From positions 1,184,001 through 1,248,000 of the forward strand of contig OZ252098.1 in assembly GCA_965248355.1 (NCBI GenBank): a DNA stretch of 64,000 nucleotides, in the 5' to 3' direction. The notes beneath the pieces are model-generated. The model was not told the origin of the DNA, did not search any database, and was given only the letters and a program-made list of their open reading frames with translations. Made by a program: the position numbers and the translations under genes. This DNA is from Candidatus Latescibacterota bacterium (GTDB taxonomy: Bacteria > Latescibacterota > UBA2968 > UBA8231). Below, in pieces: positions 24,840-34,423 of this stretch (position 1 is the stretch's first letter; each line of letters begins with the position of its first letter).

Positions 24840-26942
24840 CTACCCTCCGCCGGGGAGGCCCGCCTCGGCCGGCAGGTCATCGGTCTCCTCGAGCACCAAG
24901 ACCGGCAGATCCTCCCTCTTCAGGGGCCGGACTCGACCCCGGCCGTCGATCCTCAGAAGGGTCAGCTCGGAATTCACGCGGCGAGAGGGGCCAAAACTCA
25001 CCCGTCCGGAGGCTCCTTCGTAGTGGCGCAGATCGGCGAGGTATCGCCGCAGGCCGGTGCGGCTGTGGTGGCCGGCCCGCCAGCCCTCCATGACGAGGCG
25101 CGCGGCATCGTATCCCGCGCTGGCGTAGCCCGGATCCCGCCCGGTCCGCGAGCGGAAGGCGTCGACGAAGTTCCGCTCGTGCTCCGATCCCTGGCGCCGG
25201 GAGACGAAGATGCAACCCTTCACGTGCTGGCGCTCCGTGGACGGCAATTCCGAGATCGCCTCGGGATCGTACCACCTATCGTTGCCGAGCAACTGCGTCT
25301 GGATTCGGTGGAAGCGCAACTGCGGTGCGATGGTGCGGGCGTCTTCGAAGAGCTCGATGATCACGGCCGCGCCGTCGATGGACTCGATGAAGATCTCCGC
25401 CGAGTCCGGTGGTTCCTCGACGGGAACCACCGCCTGATCGACGAGTTCCCGGAAGGTCGATTCGCCCTCCAGGCTCGTGTCCAGAAGGGCCCCCTCGAGG
25501 GAGTCGAGCAGCTCGGGGCGGATCCTCTCCGGGAGCTCGAGGGAGAAACCGATCTGACGCAACTCCTGGAACTGCGCCTGAAAGTCCTTCTGCTCCCCGG
25601 GATAGTACCATTCGCTGTGGACGATCCGTCCGCCGTTGGCCACGGCGGCCGCGGTGAAGGCCTTCTCGAAGGCGTGCCCGTCGTCGCTGAGCGGCGAGAG
25701 GATGGCGAGGGTGTGCAGGCCGAGCACGAGGGTGGCGTACTCGGCCAGGGCCTGGCCTTGAACCTCGGGAATCGGGTTCAGCTGGAAAATGTGTCGCCCC
25801 AGGGTATCCAGACCGCTCTGCTGGGCCAGTGGGGCGATGAGCGGCACTCCCGCCGCTTCGGCCACGGCGGCGGCGGCGGCGCAGGAGGGGGAGAACACGG
25901 GACCGACGATCGCTTGCACATCCGCCTCCCCGGCCAGGAAGCGGGCACCGGAGACGACGCGAACGAGCCGGTCGCCGTCGCTCTGGTAGATGGGCACCTC
26001 CTCTTCCTCGAAGTCCTCGTACTCCGCGCCGGTGTCGACGACGACGATGTCGAAGGGCTTTCCGAGCTCGTCGTTGGCCAACTCGACACCCTCGAGCAGA
26101 TCGACCCCGATGGCCCCCTCGCGGCCGGAGAAGGGCGCGAGCACCCCGAGCCGCGGCACTCCCCGACGACGGGCCGGCTTGCCGGCTGCCGGCTCACGCG
26201 GAGGCCGGTCAGGCGCTCCTCCCTCCAGCGCGGAGCGCGCGAGACGGTGGAACATCCCTGTCTCACCCGCGCTGTCGATGTACGCCGACAGCCGGCTGCG
26301 GGCGAGCTCGACCCAGCCGAGCCGTCCGTACCAGCGCGCCTCGCCATAGAGCAGGGCATGGCGCATTCCCCGGGACCCCAGGCGGCGGATGCGGTCCTGC
26401 ATCTCCGTATCGAGCGACCGGTTCCTCACCATTCCGGCCAGACGCTCGGCGGCGCTGGCCTGGAGCGCCACCGGGCCCGACCCTTCGAGAAGCCGGGCGT
26501 ACTCGAGGGCGGCCTCGTCGTGGCGGCCCAGCACGTAGTACCCGTCGCCCGCGACCATCCGGGCATCGCCGGCATAGCGCCCGCCCGGGGACTCCCGAAG
26601 GAGGCGCCGAGCCGCCCGCACCGCACCCGCGGCGTCGTCCAGACGCAACCGGCTGCGGCCGAGCATCAGCAGCGCCGCCATCGAGCGATGATTGGCCGGC
26701 AACTCGGTGACGGCGGCAAAGCGCTCGCTCGCCGCCCGCCAGTGACCCTCTTCGCAGGCAGCAAGGCCCTGCGAGAACAGGCGCTCCGCCGCGCGCGAGT
26801 AGCGTCCATCCTCGACGGCCTGGGAAGCATGGGGCCCGCTCAGGAGGGCCAGCGCGCACAGGGCGCTGACGAGCCGGGAGATGCCTTGTCCCCGCTGCGG
26901 GGCCCGGTTACATTCGCCGAGGGCTCGCGCCTCCATCCTCAC
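24840..26942 (-). CDS. Exported TPR + type I periplasmic-binding-fold protein (LpoA/LppC-like)
   Basis: AAGGAGGT RBS; signal peptide; N-terminal TPRs; LGVLAPFSG, IVGPVFS, GYDAARL, YEGASGRVSF typical of the LivJ/LppC fold. Confidence 0.75.
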   Translation of the reverse strand: MRMEARALGECNRAPQRGQGISRLVSALCALALLSGPHASQAVEDGRYSRAAERLFSQGLAACEEGHWRAASERFAAVTELPANHRSMAALLMLGRSRLRLDDAAGAVRAARRLLRESPGGRYAGDARMVAGDGYYVLGRHDEAALEYARLLEGSGPVALQASAAERLAGMVRNRSLDTEMQDRIRRLGSRGMRHALLYGEARWYGRLGWVELARSRLSAYIDSAGETGMFHRLARSALEGGAPDRPPREPAAGKPARRRGVPRLGVLAPFSGREGAIGVDLLEGVELANDELGKPFDIVVVDTGAEYEDFEEEEVPIYQSDGDRLVRVVSGARFLAGEADVQAIVGPVFSPSCAAAAAVAEAAGVPLIAPLAQQSGLDTLGRHIFQLNPIPEVQGQALAEYATLVLGLHTLAILSPLSDDGHAFEKAFTAAAVANGGRIVHSEWYYPGEQKDFQAQFQELRQIGFSLELPERIRPELLDSLEGALLDTSLEGESTFRELVDQAVVPVEEPPDSAEIFIESIDGAAVIIELFEDARTIAPQLRFHRIQTQLLGNDRWYDPEAISELPSTERQHVKGCIFVSRRQGSEHERNFVDAFRSRTGRDPGYASAGYDAARLVMEGWRAGHHSRTGLRRYLADLRHYEGASGRVSFGPSRRVNSELTLLRIDGRGRVRPLKREDLPVLVLEETDDLPAEAGLPGGG

Positions 26943-26971
26943 GACGATCGACCTCCTTCGGCCATACCACG

Positions 26972-28492
26972 ATGATTCACCTCGAGAGACCGGGGCTCGA
27001 CCCGGAGCAGGTCCGCAGAATCCTCGCCGAGCAGAGCCGGGGCGAAGGGCAGCCCACGGAATCCGCGGGCTCCGAGACCGTGGGCACCGGCGCCGGCACG
27101 GAATCCGACCCCCCCCAAGGCCGCCGGCTGGAGTTCCATCTCAAGCCCCGGGAGTTGATTGCCCACCTCGACAGCTACGTCGTCGGTCAGCCCCGGGCCA
27201 AGGCGATTCTCGCCACCAAGATCTGCACCCATTTCAACCGCTTGAGCCTGCCCCCCGACGATAACGAGGAGGTGGTGGGCCAGATCAAGAACAACGTCCT
27301 CATGGTCGGTCCCACGGGGGTGGGCAAGACCTACCTCATCCGCCTCATCGCCCGCCGCCTCGGCGTCCCCTTCGTCAAGGCGGACGCCACCAAGTTCAGC
27401 GAGACCGGGTACGTGGGAGGGGACGTGGAGGACCTGGTCCGCGAGCTGGTGACCGAAGCCGACGGCGACATCGAGCTGGCCCAGAACGGCATCATCTACA
27501 TCGACGAGATCGACAAGATCGCCGCCAGCGGCCGCACCAGCGGCCCCGATGTCTCGCGCACCGGTGTCCAGCGCAACCTCCTCAAGCTGATGGAGGAAAC
27601 CGAGGTCGATCTGCGCTCGCCTCACGATCTGCCGTCGCAGATGGAGTCGGTGATGCAGATGCAACGCACCGGCAAGGTGGAACGCAAGAAGGTGAACACC
27701 CGCCACATCCTGTTCGTCGTGAGCGGCGCCTTTGCCGGTCTCGAGGAGATCATCCGCCGCCGGCTCAACCGGGGGGCCATGGGTTTCCGGTTGTCGAGCC
27801 GGGAGAGCCCCAGGGCGGCCATCGACGATTCGGCCCTGCTGGGGGAGGTTCGGGCCGAGGATCTGCTCGAGTTCGGTTTCGAGTCCGAGTTCATCGGCCG
27901 GCTCCCCGTGGTGGCCGTCCTCGCGGAGCTGTCCCGGACCGACCTCCTCGAGATCCTGCGCAGCCCCATGAGCAGCGTCGTCCTCTCCAAGATACGGGAC
28001 TTCCTCGCCTACGGCATCGAGCTGCAGATCTCCGACGAGGCGCTCCAGCTCCTGGCCGACCGCGCCTTCGAGGAGCGGATCGGCGCCAGGGGCCTGGTGA
28101 GCGCGGTGGAAAAGGTCCTTCTGGACTTCGAGTGCCGGCTCCCCTCTCTCGATGTCGACGCCTTCCACGTGACCTCCGAGGTCGTCGAGGATCCGGCCGG
28201 GGCTCTGGAGCGCCTGGTGGCCGAGCATTCGATCGAGGCCTTCCGGTCCGGTTTCGAGAAGGACCACGGGATCCGCTTCGAGTTCACCACCCGGGCCCTG
28301 TCCTGCCTGCGCGACCGGGCGGCCTCGGAGGGCCGCCTGCCGGGAGAGATCTGCACCGACCTGTTCTCCGACTACGGTCACGGTCTGAAGCTTCTGGAGC
28401 TCGACCGGTTCGAGATCACGCCCCAGGTCCTCGCCGATCCGCAGAAGGCCCTCGATGGAATGATCCGCAAGCTATACGGCGGCACGGGTTAG
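26972..28492 (+). CDS. ClpX-like AAA+ ATPase lacking the N-terminal zinc finger
   Basis: GPTGVGKT, ADATKFSETGYVGGDVE, IIYIDEIDK, DVS..GVQ..LLK, SGAFAGL, AMGF, EFIGRLP, IGARGL. Confidence 0.88.
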   Translation: MIHLERPGLDPEQVRRILAEQSRGEGQPTESAGSETVGTGAGTESDPPQGRRLEFHLKPRELIAHLDSYVVGQPRAKAILATKICTHFNRLSLPPDDNEEVVGQIKNNVLMVGPTGVGKTYLIRLIARRLGVPFVKADATKFSETGYVGGDVEDLVRELVTEADGDIELAQNGIIYIDEIDKIAASGRTSGPDVSRTGVQRNLLKLMEETEVDLRSPHDLPSQMESVMQMQRTGKVERKKVNTRHILFVVSGAFAGLEEIIRRRLNRGAMGFRLSSRESPRAAIDDSALLGEVRAEDLLEFGFESEFIGRLPVVAVLAELSRTDLLEILRSPMSSVVLSKIRDFLAYGIELQISDEALQLLADRAFEERIGARGLVSAVEKVLLDFECRLPSLDVDAFHVTSEVVEDPAGALERLVAEHSIEAFRSGFEKDHGIRFEFTTRALSCLRDRAASEGRLPGEICTDLFSDYGHGLKLLELDRFEITPQVLADPQKALDGMIRKLYGGTG

Positions 28493-28495
28493 TCC

Positions 28496-29881
28496 TCACC
28501 GTCGGAGTCCGTACTCCCTCTCCTTCCGGTAGAGGGTGCTCAGGCCGATCTCGAGCACCTTCGCCGCCTTGCGTCGATCGTAGTCGACGGCCTTCAGGGT
28601 CTGCTCGATGGCGAGCCTCTCGACCTGCTTCATCGTCATTCCCGGCCGCAGGCCTCCCTCGTCGCCCCCACCCGGGACACCGCGTATGTGAGCCGGCACG
28701 TCGGAGGTGGTCAGCTCCCGGCCGGGCGCCGACATGACCACCATTCCCTCCATGCAGTTCTTCAACTCGCGGACGTTTCCGGGCCAGCCATAGTCCATCA
28801 GGGCGTCCATGGCGGCCCCGTTCAGCGCGTGGATCTGGCGTCCGTTCTCCCGGGAGAACTGGCGCAGGAATTCGTTCACCAGGATGGGGATGTCCTCACG
28901 GCAGTCGCTCAGCCGGGGAATGCGGATGGTGACCACGTTGAGCCGGTAGTAGAGGTCCGCACGGTAGGTCCCCTCCTCGACCATGGCCTCGAGATTCCGG
29001 TTCGTGGCCGCGATGAGGCGAACATCGGCGCGCAGGGTGGCGGTGCCTCCCACCCGTTCGAACTCGCCGCTCTGAGTGACGCGCAGGAGCTTGACCTGGG
29101 TCGCCGGGGAGAGATCCCCCACCTCGTCGAGGAAGAGGGTTCCCATGTCGGCCAGCTCGAACCGACCCTTGCGCGAGGTGCTGGCGCCGGTGAAGGCTCC
29201 GCGTTCGTGTCCGAAGAGCTCGCTCTCGACGATGCTCTCGGGCAGGGCGCCGCAGTTGGTCTCCACGAAGGGGCGGTCCCGGCGAGGGCTCTGCTGGTGG
29301 ACAGCCTTGGCCACCTCTCCTTTGCCCGTGCCGGTCTCGCCCACCAGCAGGACGGTGGCCCGGGACCTGGCCACCTGCTCGATCTGGGCGTAGATGCGCT
29401 GCCAAAGGGAGGACCGGCGGGCGATCCCACCGTAGCGATAGCGTTCGTCCAGGCGGCGCTGGAGATCCGAGACTTCTCCCACCAACCGCTGGTAGGAGAG
29501 GCCCCGATCGAGAACGGCCCTCACCTTGCTCAGATTCAGGGGACGGACCTGGAAGTCGTAGGCTCCCTGGCGCATGGCTTCGGTCCCCAGCTCGATCTGG
29601 TCCGAACCCGTGGACACGATGGCGCAGATCTCCGGGTTCCGTTCCCGGGCCAGCCGCACCAGCCGCAGGCCGTCGATGCGGCTGTCGGCGAGTGGGCAGA
29701 TGAGGGCGTCCACCGGTTCGGAATCGAGGATGTCGTAGGCCGCCGCCCCCTCGCGGGTGGGCAGCACCTCGAAGCCCTCCCGGCGCAAGTAGGAGACCAG
29801 TTGGTGCGTGGCCTCCTCTTCCGGCGCCACGACCAGGATCCGCGGGGAGGCGTCTTTCTCCGGAGGTCTGGCGACGCTCAC
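28496..29881 (-). CDS. Sigma54-dependent transcriptional activator (NtrC family) with atypical receiver domain
   Basis: GETGTGKG, ESELFGHERGAFTGA, LFLDEVG, WPGNVREL, Fis HTH; start GTG 29881 with GAAGGGAG upstream. Confidence 0.92.
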   Translation of the reverse strand: MSVARPPEKDASPRILVVAPEEEATHQLVSYLRREGFEVLPTREGAAAYDILDSEPVDALICPLADSRIDGLRLVRLARERNPEICAIVSTGSDQIELGTEAMRQGAYDFQVRPLNLSKVRAVLDRGLSYQRLVGEVSDLQRRLDERYRYGGIARRSSLWQRIYAQIEQVARSRATVLLVGETGTGKGEVAKAVHQQSPRRDRPFVETNCGALPESIVESELFGHERGAFTGASTSRKGRFELADMGTLFLDEVGDLSPATQVKLLRVTQSGEFERVGGTATLRADVRLIAATNRNLEAMVEEGTYRADLYYRLNVVTIRIPRLSDCREDIPILVNEFLRQFSRENGRQIHALNGAAMDALMDYGWPGNVRELKNCMEGMVVMSAPGRELTTSDVPAHIRGVPGGGDEGGLRPGMTMKQVERLAIEQTLKAVDYDRRKAAKVLEIGLSTLYRKEREYGLRR

Positions 29882-29901
29882 GCTCGAGGCTCCCTTCCGT
29901 G

Positions 29902-31290
29902 TCAATCGGGACGGAGGCCCGTCCAGCGAGAGGAACGCAGGAGACGAACCACCACCTCGCAATGGGGGGTGTGGGGGAAGAGGTCCACCGGCCTGGCCCG
30001 CTCCAGGTCGTAACCGGCGGCGCACAAGGCCGAAAGGTCCTCGGCCAGGCTCTCCGCATTGCAGGAGATGTAGAGGATCGTGGGGGCGCCCAGGCAGACC
30101 ATCCCCTCGATGACCTTCCGGTGCAGCCCGGCCCTGGGTGGATCGGCGATGACGGCCTCGAAGCGCTCCGTCCTCTCCTCGCAGAGATCGGCCAGGGCCT
30201 CCTCGGCCGGGCCCGCGATGAAGGCGCAGTTGTGGATCCCGTTGCGCTCCGCGTTCCGGCGGGCGTCGGTCACCGCCTCGCGTACCTGCTCGACGCCGAC
30301 GACGGCTCGCGCCCTGGAGGCCACGTGAAGGCTGATGCCGCCGGTCCCGGCATAGAGATCCAGCACGTCCCCATCGAACCCGGGGCCGAGGAACTCCCGC
30401 ACGATCTCGTAGAGCCGTCCCGCCCCCCGCGTGTTGGTCTGGAAGAAGGACTGGGGGGAGATCTCGAACTCGAGGTCACCGCAGCGCTCGGTGATGCGCC
30501 CGGCGCCCTTGATCAGGAAGCTCTCCTCCCCGGCGGCGACCTGGGCCTTGCCGCCGTGGCGGGTGACGACGCAGGTGGTGATGCCCTCCCCGACCTGGCC
30601 CAGCACGCCCGCCAGCATTCGGTCGACGCCATCGTGCGGGTACTCGCGGACGACGAGGTTGACCATGGTCTGACCCGTGTCCTTTCCCTCCCGGACCACC
30701 AGGAAGCGCAGCAGACCCTCGTGGCTCTTGAGGTCGTAGGCCGGCAGGGCCAGCCGGGTGGCGTGGGTGCGGAAGGCGTCCACGATCCTGTTGGAAGCCT
30801 CGGACTGGAGGTGGCAGGCCTCCAGGTCGAAAATCCGGTTGAACCGTTCGCGCACGTGCAGTCCCAGCCACGGGTGCCCTTGGCGGTCGCTCCCGAAGGA
30901 GAACTCCATCTTGTTGCGATAGTAGAACGGATCCGGGCTGGGGGCGATCGTCTGCCAGCGTCCGACCCGGATCTCGCGGCGCTCGAAGGACTGGCGGACC
31001 ATCTGCTCCTTGAGCCGCAGTTGGTCCTCGTACCCGAGATCCTGCCACCGGCACCCACCGCACAGTCCGAAGTGCGTACAGGGCGGGTCGACGCGCGCCA
31101 CTCCCTCTTCGATCAGATCGTCGACGACGCCCTCGAAGCGCCCCTTGCGCTTGCGCCTGAGGTAGACCTCCACCCGGTCCCCCGGGACGCTGCGCGGGAC
31201 GAGCACCTCCCGGCCGTCCTGAATCGCCAGGCCGTCGCCCCTCGGGGTGAGGGCCTCGATGTCGACGATGACACGTTCCCCTCGTTTCAT
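29902..31290 (-). CDS. rlmD: 23S rRNA (uracil-C5)-methyltransferase RlmD
   Basis: TRAM domain, CTHFGLCGGC Fe-S motif, YRNKMEF, SFFQTN, DLYAGTG, DPPRAG, YISCN, DLFPHTPHCE. Confidence 0.93.
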   Translation of the reverse strand: MKRGERVIVDIEALTPRGDGLAIQDGREVLVPRSVPGDRVEVYLRRKRKGRFEGVVDDLIEEGVARVDPPCTHFGLCGGCRWQDLGYEDQLRLKEQMVRQSFERREIRVGRWQTIAPSPDPFYYRNKMEFSFGSDRQGHPWLGLHVRERFNRIFDLEACHLQSEASNRIVDAFRTHATRLALPAYDLKSHEGLLRFLVVREGKDTGQTMVNLVVREYPHDGVDRMLAGVLGQVGEGITTCVVTRHGGKAQVAAGEESFLIKGAGRITERCGDLEFEISPQSFFQTNTRGAGRLYEIVREFLGPGFDGDVLDLYAGTGGISLHVASRARAVVGVEQVREAVTDARRNAERNGIHNCAFIAGPAEEALADLCEERTERFEAVIADPPRAGLHRKVIEGMVCLGAPTILYISCNAESLAEDLSALCAAGYDLERARPVDLFPHTPHCEVVVRLLRSSRWTGLRPD

Positions 31291-31323
31291 CCCTCCTCGA
31301 CGGCGGCGCGACGTGGCGTTGAC

Positions 31324-31366
31324 AAAACGACGGGCGAGGTGGGAGCCTTCCCACCTCGCCCGTCGT
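31324..31366 (-). terminator. Intrinsic terminator after rplQ
   Basis: Perfect 18-bp inverted repeat ACGACGGGCGAGGTGGGA (31327-31344 / 31349-31366), 4-nt loop, short T run on minus strand. Confidence 0.8.
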
Positions 31367-31401
31367 CATTCCCAGTTGTCCGAGGGCGGCCGCCCAGGTG
31401 G

Positions 31402-31815
31402 TCAGCCTTCCTTCCCGTCGGGCTCCTCGGCCTCGGCCGCCGCAGGAGCCGCGACACCGGGTCGGTCGAGAAGCTCGACGATGCACATCTCGGCGCCATC
31501 CCCGCGGCGGCTGCCGGTCTTGACGAGGCGGGTATATCCTCCGTGCCGCTCCGCGTAACGCGGAGCGATCTCGTCGAAGAGTTTGGCCACGATGGACTTG
31601 TCCGGAATCTGACGCAGCACCTGGCGGCGGGCATGGAGGTCGCCGCGTTTGGCAAAGGTGATCATGTGCTCCGCCGCCCGCCGCAGAACCCGTCCGCGGG
31701 CGTCGGTGGTGCTCACCTGTTCGTGAGCGAACAGACTGCTCACCATGTTGGCGATCATCGCCTTCCGGTGGCTCGCCTGCCGCCCGAGCTTGGGTGTTCG
31801 CCGGCGGTGTCGCAT
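31402..31815 (-). CDS. rplQ: 50S ribosomal protein L17
   Basis: MRHRR..KLGR...HRKA, GGYTRLVK, RRGDGAEM. Confidence 0.97.
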   Translation of the reverse strand: MRHRRRTPKLGRQASHRKAMIANMVSSLFAHEQVSTTDARGRVLRRAAEHMITFAKRGDLHARRQVLRQIPDKSIVAKLFDEIAPRYAERHGGYTRLVKTGSRRGDGAEMCIVELLDRPGVAAPAAAEAEEPDGKEG

Positions 31816-31820
31816 CTCTC

Positions 31821-32831
31821 CTAGTATTCCTCGGCCAGGGAGGCCGGCTCCTCCTCGATCTCCACGTCCTCGTACTTGCTCACGTCCAGGCCCCAGGTAA
31901 GGTCCAAGGAGACGAGGATCTCTCCGAGCTCGTTCAGGGACTTGCGCCCGAAGTTCCGGAACTTGAGCATCTCCGCCTCGCTCTTGGATACCAACTCCTT
32001 GAGGGTGGAGATGCCCGCCGCCCGCAGGCAGTTGGCCGAGCGCACGGAGAGCTCCAGTTCGTCGATCTGCGTGGCCAGCAGCCTTGCGATGCGCTTGGTC
32101 TCCTCGTCGACTTCCTTCTCCAGCCCGGCCCCGGAGGGTTCCTCCTCGAAGTTGGCGATCAGGCCGAGGTGCTCGATGAGGATGCGCGCCGCCTGGGCCA
32201 CGGCGTCCTCAGGCCCCATGGACCCGTCCGTCCACACCTCCAGCATGAGGCGGTCGTAGTCGGTACGCCGACCAACGCGGGCGTTCTCGATGTCGTAGTT
32301 GACCTTCAGCACCGGCGAGTAGTTGGTGTCCAATGGGATCGTGCCGATGGGCTGGTCGGCGCTCCGGTTCTCCTCGGCGAATACGTAGCCCCGCCCCGTG
32401 CCAACGGTGAGGTCCATGTTGAGGCTCACGCCCTTGCCGAGGGTGGCGATGTGAAGATCGGGGTTCATGATTTCCACGCTGGGGTCGACGGCCAGGTCCT
32501 TGGCGGTGACCTCACCCTTGGCTTCTACCCGCAGGGTGCGGTCCTCCTCGCCGTGGTACCGGATGGCCACTTCCTTCAGGTTCAGCACGATCTCCGGGAC
32601 GTCTTCGCGCACGCCCTTGACGACCGAGAACTCGTGCTGCACGCCTTCGATGCTCAGGGACTTGACGGCAGCGCCCTGAATCTGAGAAACCAGAACCCGG
32701 CGCAGCCCGTGCCCCACGGTGACCCCGAATCCGCGCTCCAGCGGCTGGAAGGTGAACTTCCCGTAGGTGTTGGTGAGGCTCTCCCGATCGATCTCGAGGA
32801 GCCTCGGCATCTGGATGCCTTCGAGAGCCAT
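31821..32831 (-). CDS. rpoA: RNA polymerase alpha subunit
   Basis: PLERGFGVTVGHGLRR, HEFS, ARVGRRTDYDRL, LELSVRSANCL, NFGRKSL; start ATG 32831. Confidence 0.97.
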   Translation of the reverse strand: MALEGIQMPRLLEIDRESLTNTYGKFTFQPLERGFGVTVGHGLRRVLVSQIQGAAVKSLSIEGVQHEFSVVKGVREDVPEIVLNLKEVAIRYHGEEDRTLRVEAKGEVTAKDLAVDPSVEIMNPDLHIATLGKGVSLNMDLTVGTGRGYVFAEENRSADQPIGTIPLDTNYSPVLKVNYDIENARVGRRTDYDRLMLEVWTDGSMGPEDAVAQAARILIEHLGLIANFEEEPSGAGLEKEVDEETKRIARLLATQIDELELSVRSANCLRAAGISTLKELVSKSEAEMLKFRNFGRKSLNELGEILVSLDLTWGLDVSKYEDVEIEEEPASLAEEY

Positions 32832-32907
32832 GTGCTTCGCTATCCCTTGTGAAAGTCGTCGTTGCGATGCCGAACGGGCGGCGGTGTCCCGGTCGGAACC
32901 GGTTCTC

Positions 32908-33534
32908 CTAGACGCGGCTGTAGAACTCGATGACCAACTGCTCCTCCGCCGGCGTCGGTATGTCCTCGCGGCTGCCGCGCTCCACGACCGTGCCCGTGAG
33001 GTTGGCCTTGTCCACCGACAGCCAAGGCACCAACTCCCGGGAACGGCGGAGGGACTCGTGGATGATCTCCAGCTTCTTGCTGCCCTCGACCACGGCGATG
33101 ACGTCGCCCGGGGCGGTGAGGTACGACGGGATATTGACCCGCTTGCCGTTGACGGTGAAGTGGTTGTGACGCACCAGTTGCCTGGCCGCCTTCCGCGATG
33201 GCGCCAGGCCAAGTCGGTAGACGATGCTGTCGAGGCGGCTTTCGAGCAGGCGCAGGAGATTCTCGCCGCTCACGCCGGGGACGCGCGTCGACTCGCGGTA
33301 GTACTTGCGGAACTGTCCCTCGCGCACCCCGTAGATCCGCGCCAGCTTTTGCTTGGCTCGCAGCTGCACGCTGTACTCGGACTGCTTCAGGCGCCTGCCC
33401 TGGCCGTGCTGTCCGGGACCGTAGCTGCGGCGCTCGAAGGCGCATTTCTCGAGCGTACACCTCTCGCCCTTGAGGAACAGCTTGGCTCCCTCCCGGCGGC
33501 AGAGCCTGCAGTTGGGACCGGTATACCTGCTCAT
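32908..33534 (-). CDS. rpsD: 30S ribosomal protein S4 (Zn-binding type)
   Basis: [39 protein letters not shown]. Confidence 0.98.
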   Translation of the reverse strand: MSRYTGPNCRLCRREGAKLFLKGERCTLEKCAFERRSYGPGQHGQGRRLKQSEYSVQLRAKQKLARIYGVREGQFRKYYRESTRVPGVSGENLLRLLESRLDSIVYRLGLAPSRKAARQLVRHNHFTVNGKRVNIPSYLTAPGDVIAVVEGSKKLEIIHESLRRSRELVPWLSVDKANLTGTVVERGSREDIPTPAEEQLVIEFYSRV

Positions 33535-33555
33535 TCTCGTCGACCTCCGTGGGCC

Positions 33556-33948
33556 TCAGACACGGCGCCGCTTCGGGGGGCGGCAGCCGTTGTGGGGGAC
33601 CGGTGTCATGTCGCGGATGGCAGCGATCTCGAGCCCCGCGTTCTGCAGGGAACGGATCGCCGAGTCACGCCCGACGCCCGGACCCTTGACCCAGACCTCG
33701 ACGCGGCGCAATCCCATGCTGATCGCCTCCTGGGCGGCCCTCTCCGCGGCCAGCTGGCCGGCGAAGGGCGTGGATTTGCGGCTGCCGCCGATGCCCACCT
33801 TGCCCGGTGTGGCCCAGGAGATCACGTTGCCCTCGACATCGGTCAGGGTGACGATGGTGTTGTTGAAGGTGGACAGGATGTGGGCGATGCCCAAAGCCTC
33901 CACCTTCTTCGATTTCCTGCGGCGGCGACGGCCTTTTTCGGGTGGCAA
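33556..33948 (-). CDS. rpsK: 30S ribosomal protein S11
   Basis: [31 protein letters not shown]. Confidence 0.98.
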   Translation of the reverse strand: MPPEKGRRRRRKSKKVEALGIAHILSTFNNTIVTLTDVEGNVISWATPGKVGIGGSRKSTPFAGQLAAERAAQEAISMGLRRVEVWVKGPGVGRDSAIRSLQNAGLEIAAIRDMTPVPHNGCRPPKRRRV

Positions 33949-33992
33949 ATCGGATCAATCCCCTGTCGAAGTCAGTCTCTGACGGATTCGGT

Positions 33993-34370
33993 TCACTTTG
34001 TAGCCTTCTTCTTGCCGGCAATGGCTCGCCTCGGGCCCTTCCGTGTGCGGGCGTTGGTCTGCGTCCGCTGGCCTCTCACCGGCAGGCCCCGTCGGTGACG
34101 GAGACCCCGGTAGCAGCCCAAGTCCATGAGACGCTTGATGTTCATGTTCACCTCGCCGCGCAGGGAGCCCTCGACGCGGTACTTGCCCTCGATGATATTG
34201 CGCAGCTGCGTAACCTGCTGCTCCGAGAGGGAGCCCACGCGCGTGTCGGACGTGACCTGCGACTCGGACAGGATCGCCTCGGCCGAGGACCGGCCGAGGC
34301 CGTAGATGTAGGTCAGCCCCACGTCGATGCGCTTGTCCCGCGGAAGGTCGACCCCTGCGATTCGTGCCAT
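33993..34370 (-). CDS. rpsM: 30S ribosomal protein S13
   Basis: [27 protein letters not shown]. Confidence 0.98.
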   Translation of the reverse strand: MARIAGVDLPRDKRIDVGLTYIYGLGRSSAEAILSESQVTSDTRVGSLSEQQVTQLRNIIEGKYRVEGSLRGEVNMNIKRLMDLGCYRGLRHRRGLPVRGQRTQTNARTRKGPRRAIAGKKKATK

Positions 34371-34423
34371 TCGAGCTCTCTCCTCTTCGTGGGACCGGGA
34401 TCCCACCCCTTGGCCGGTGCGCT

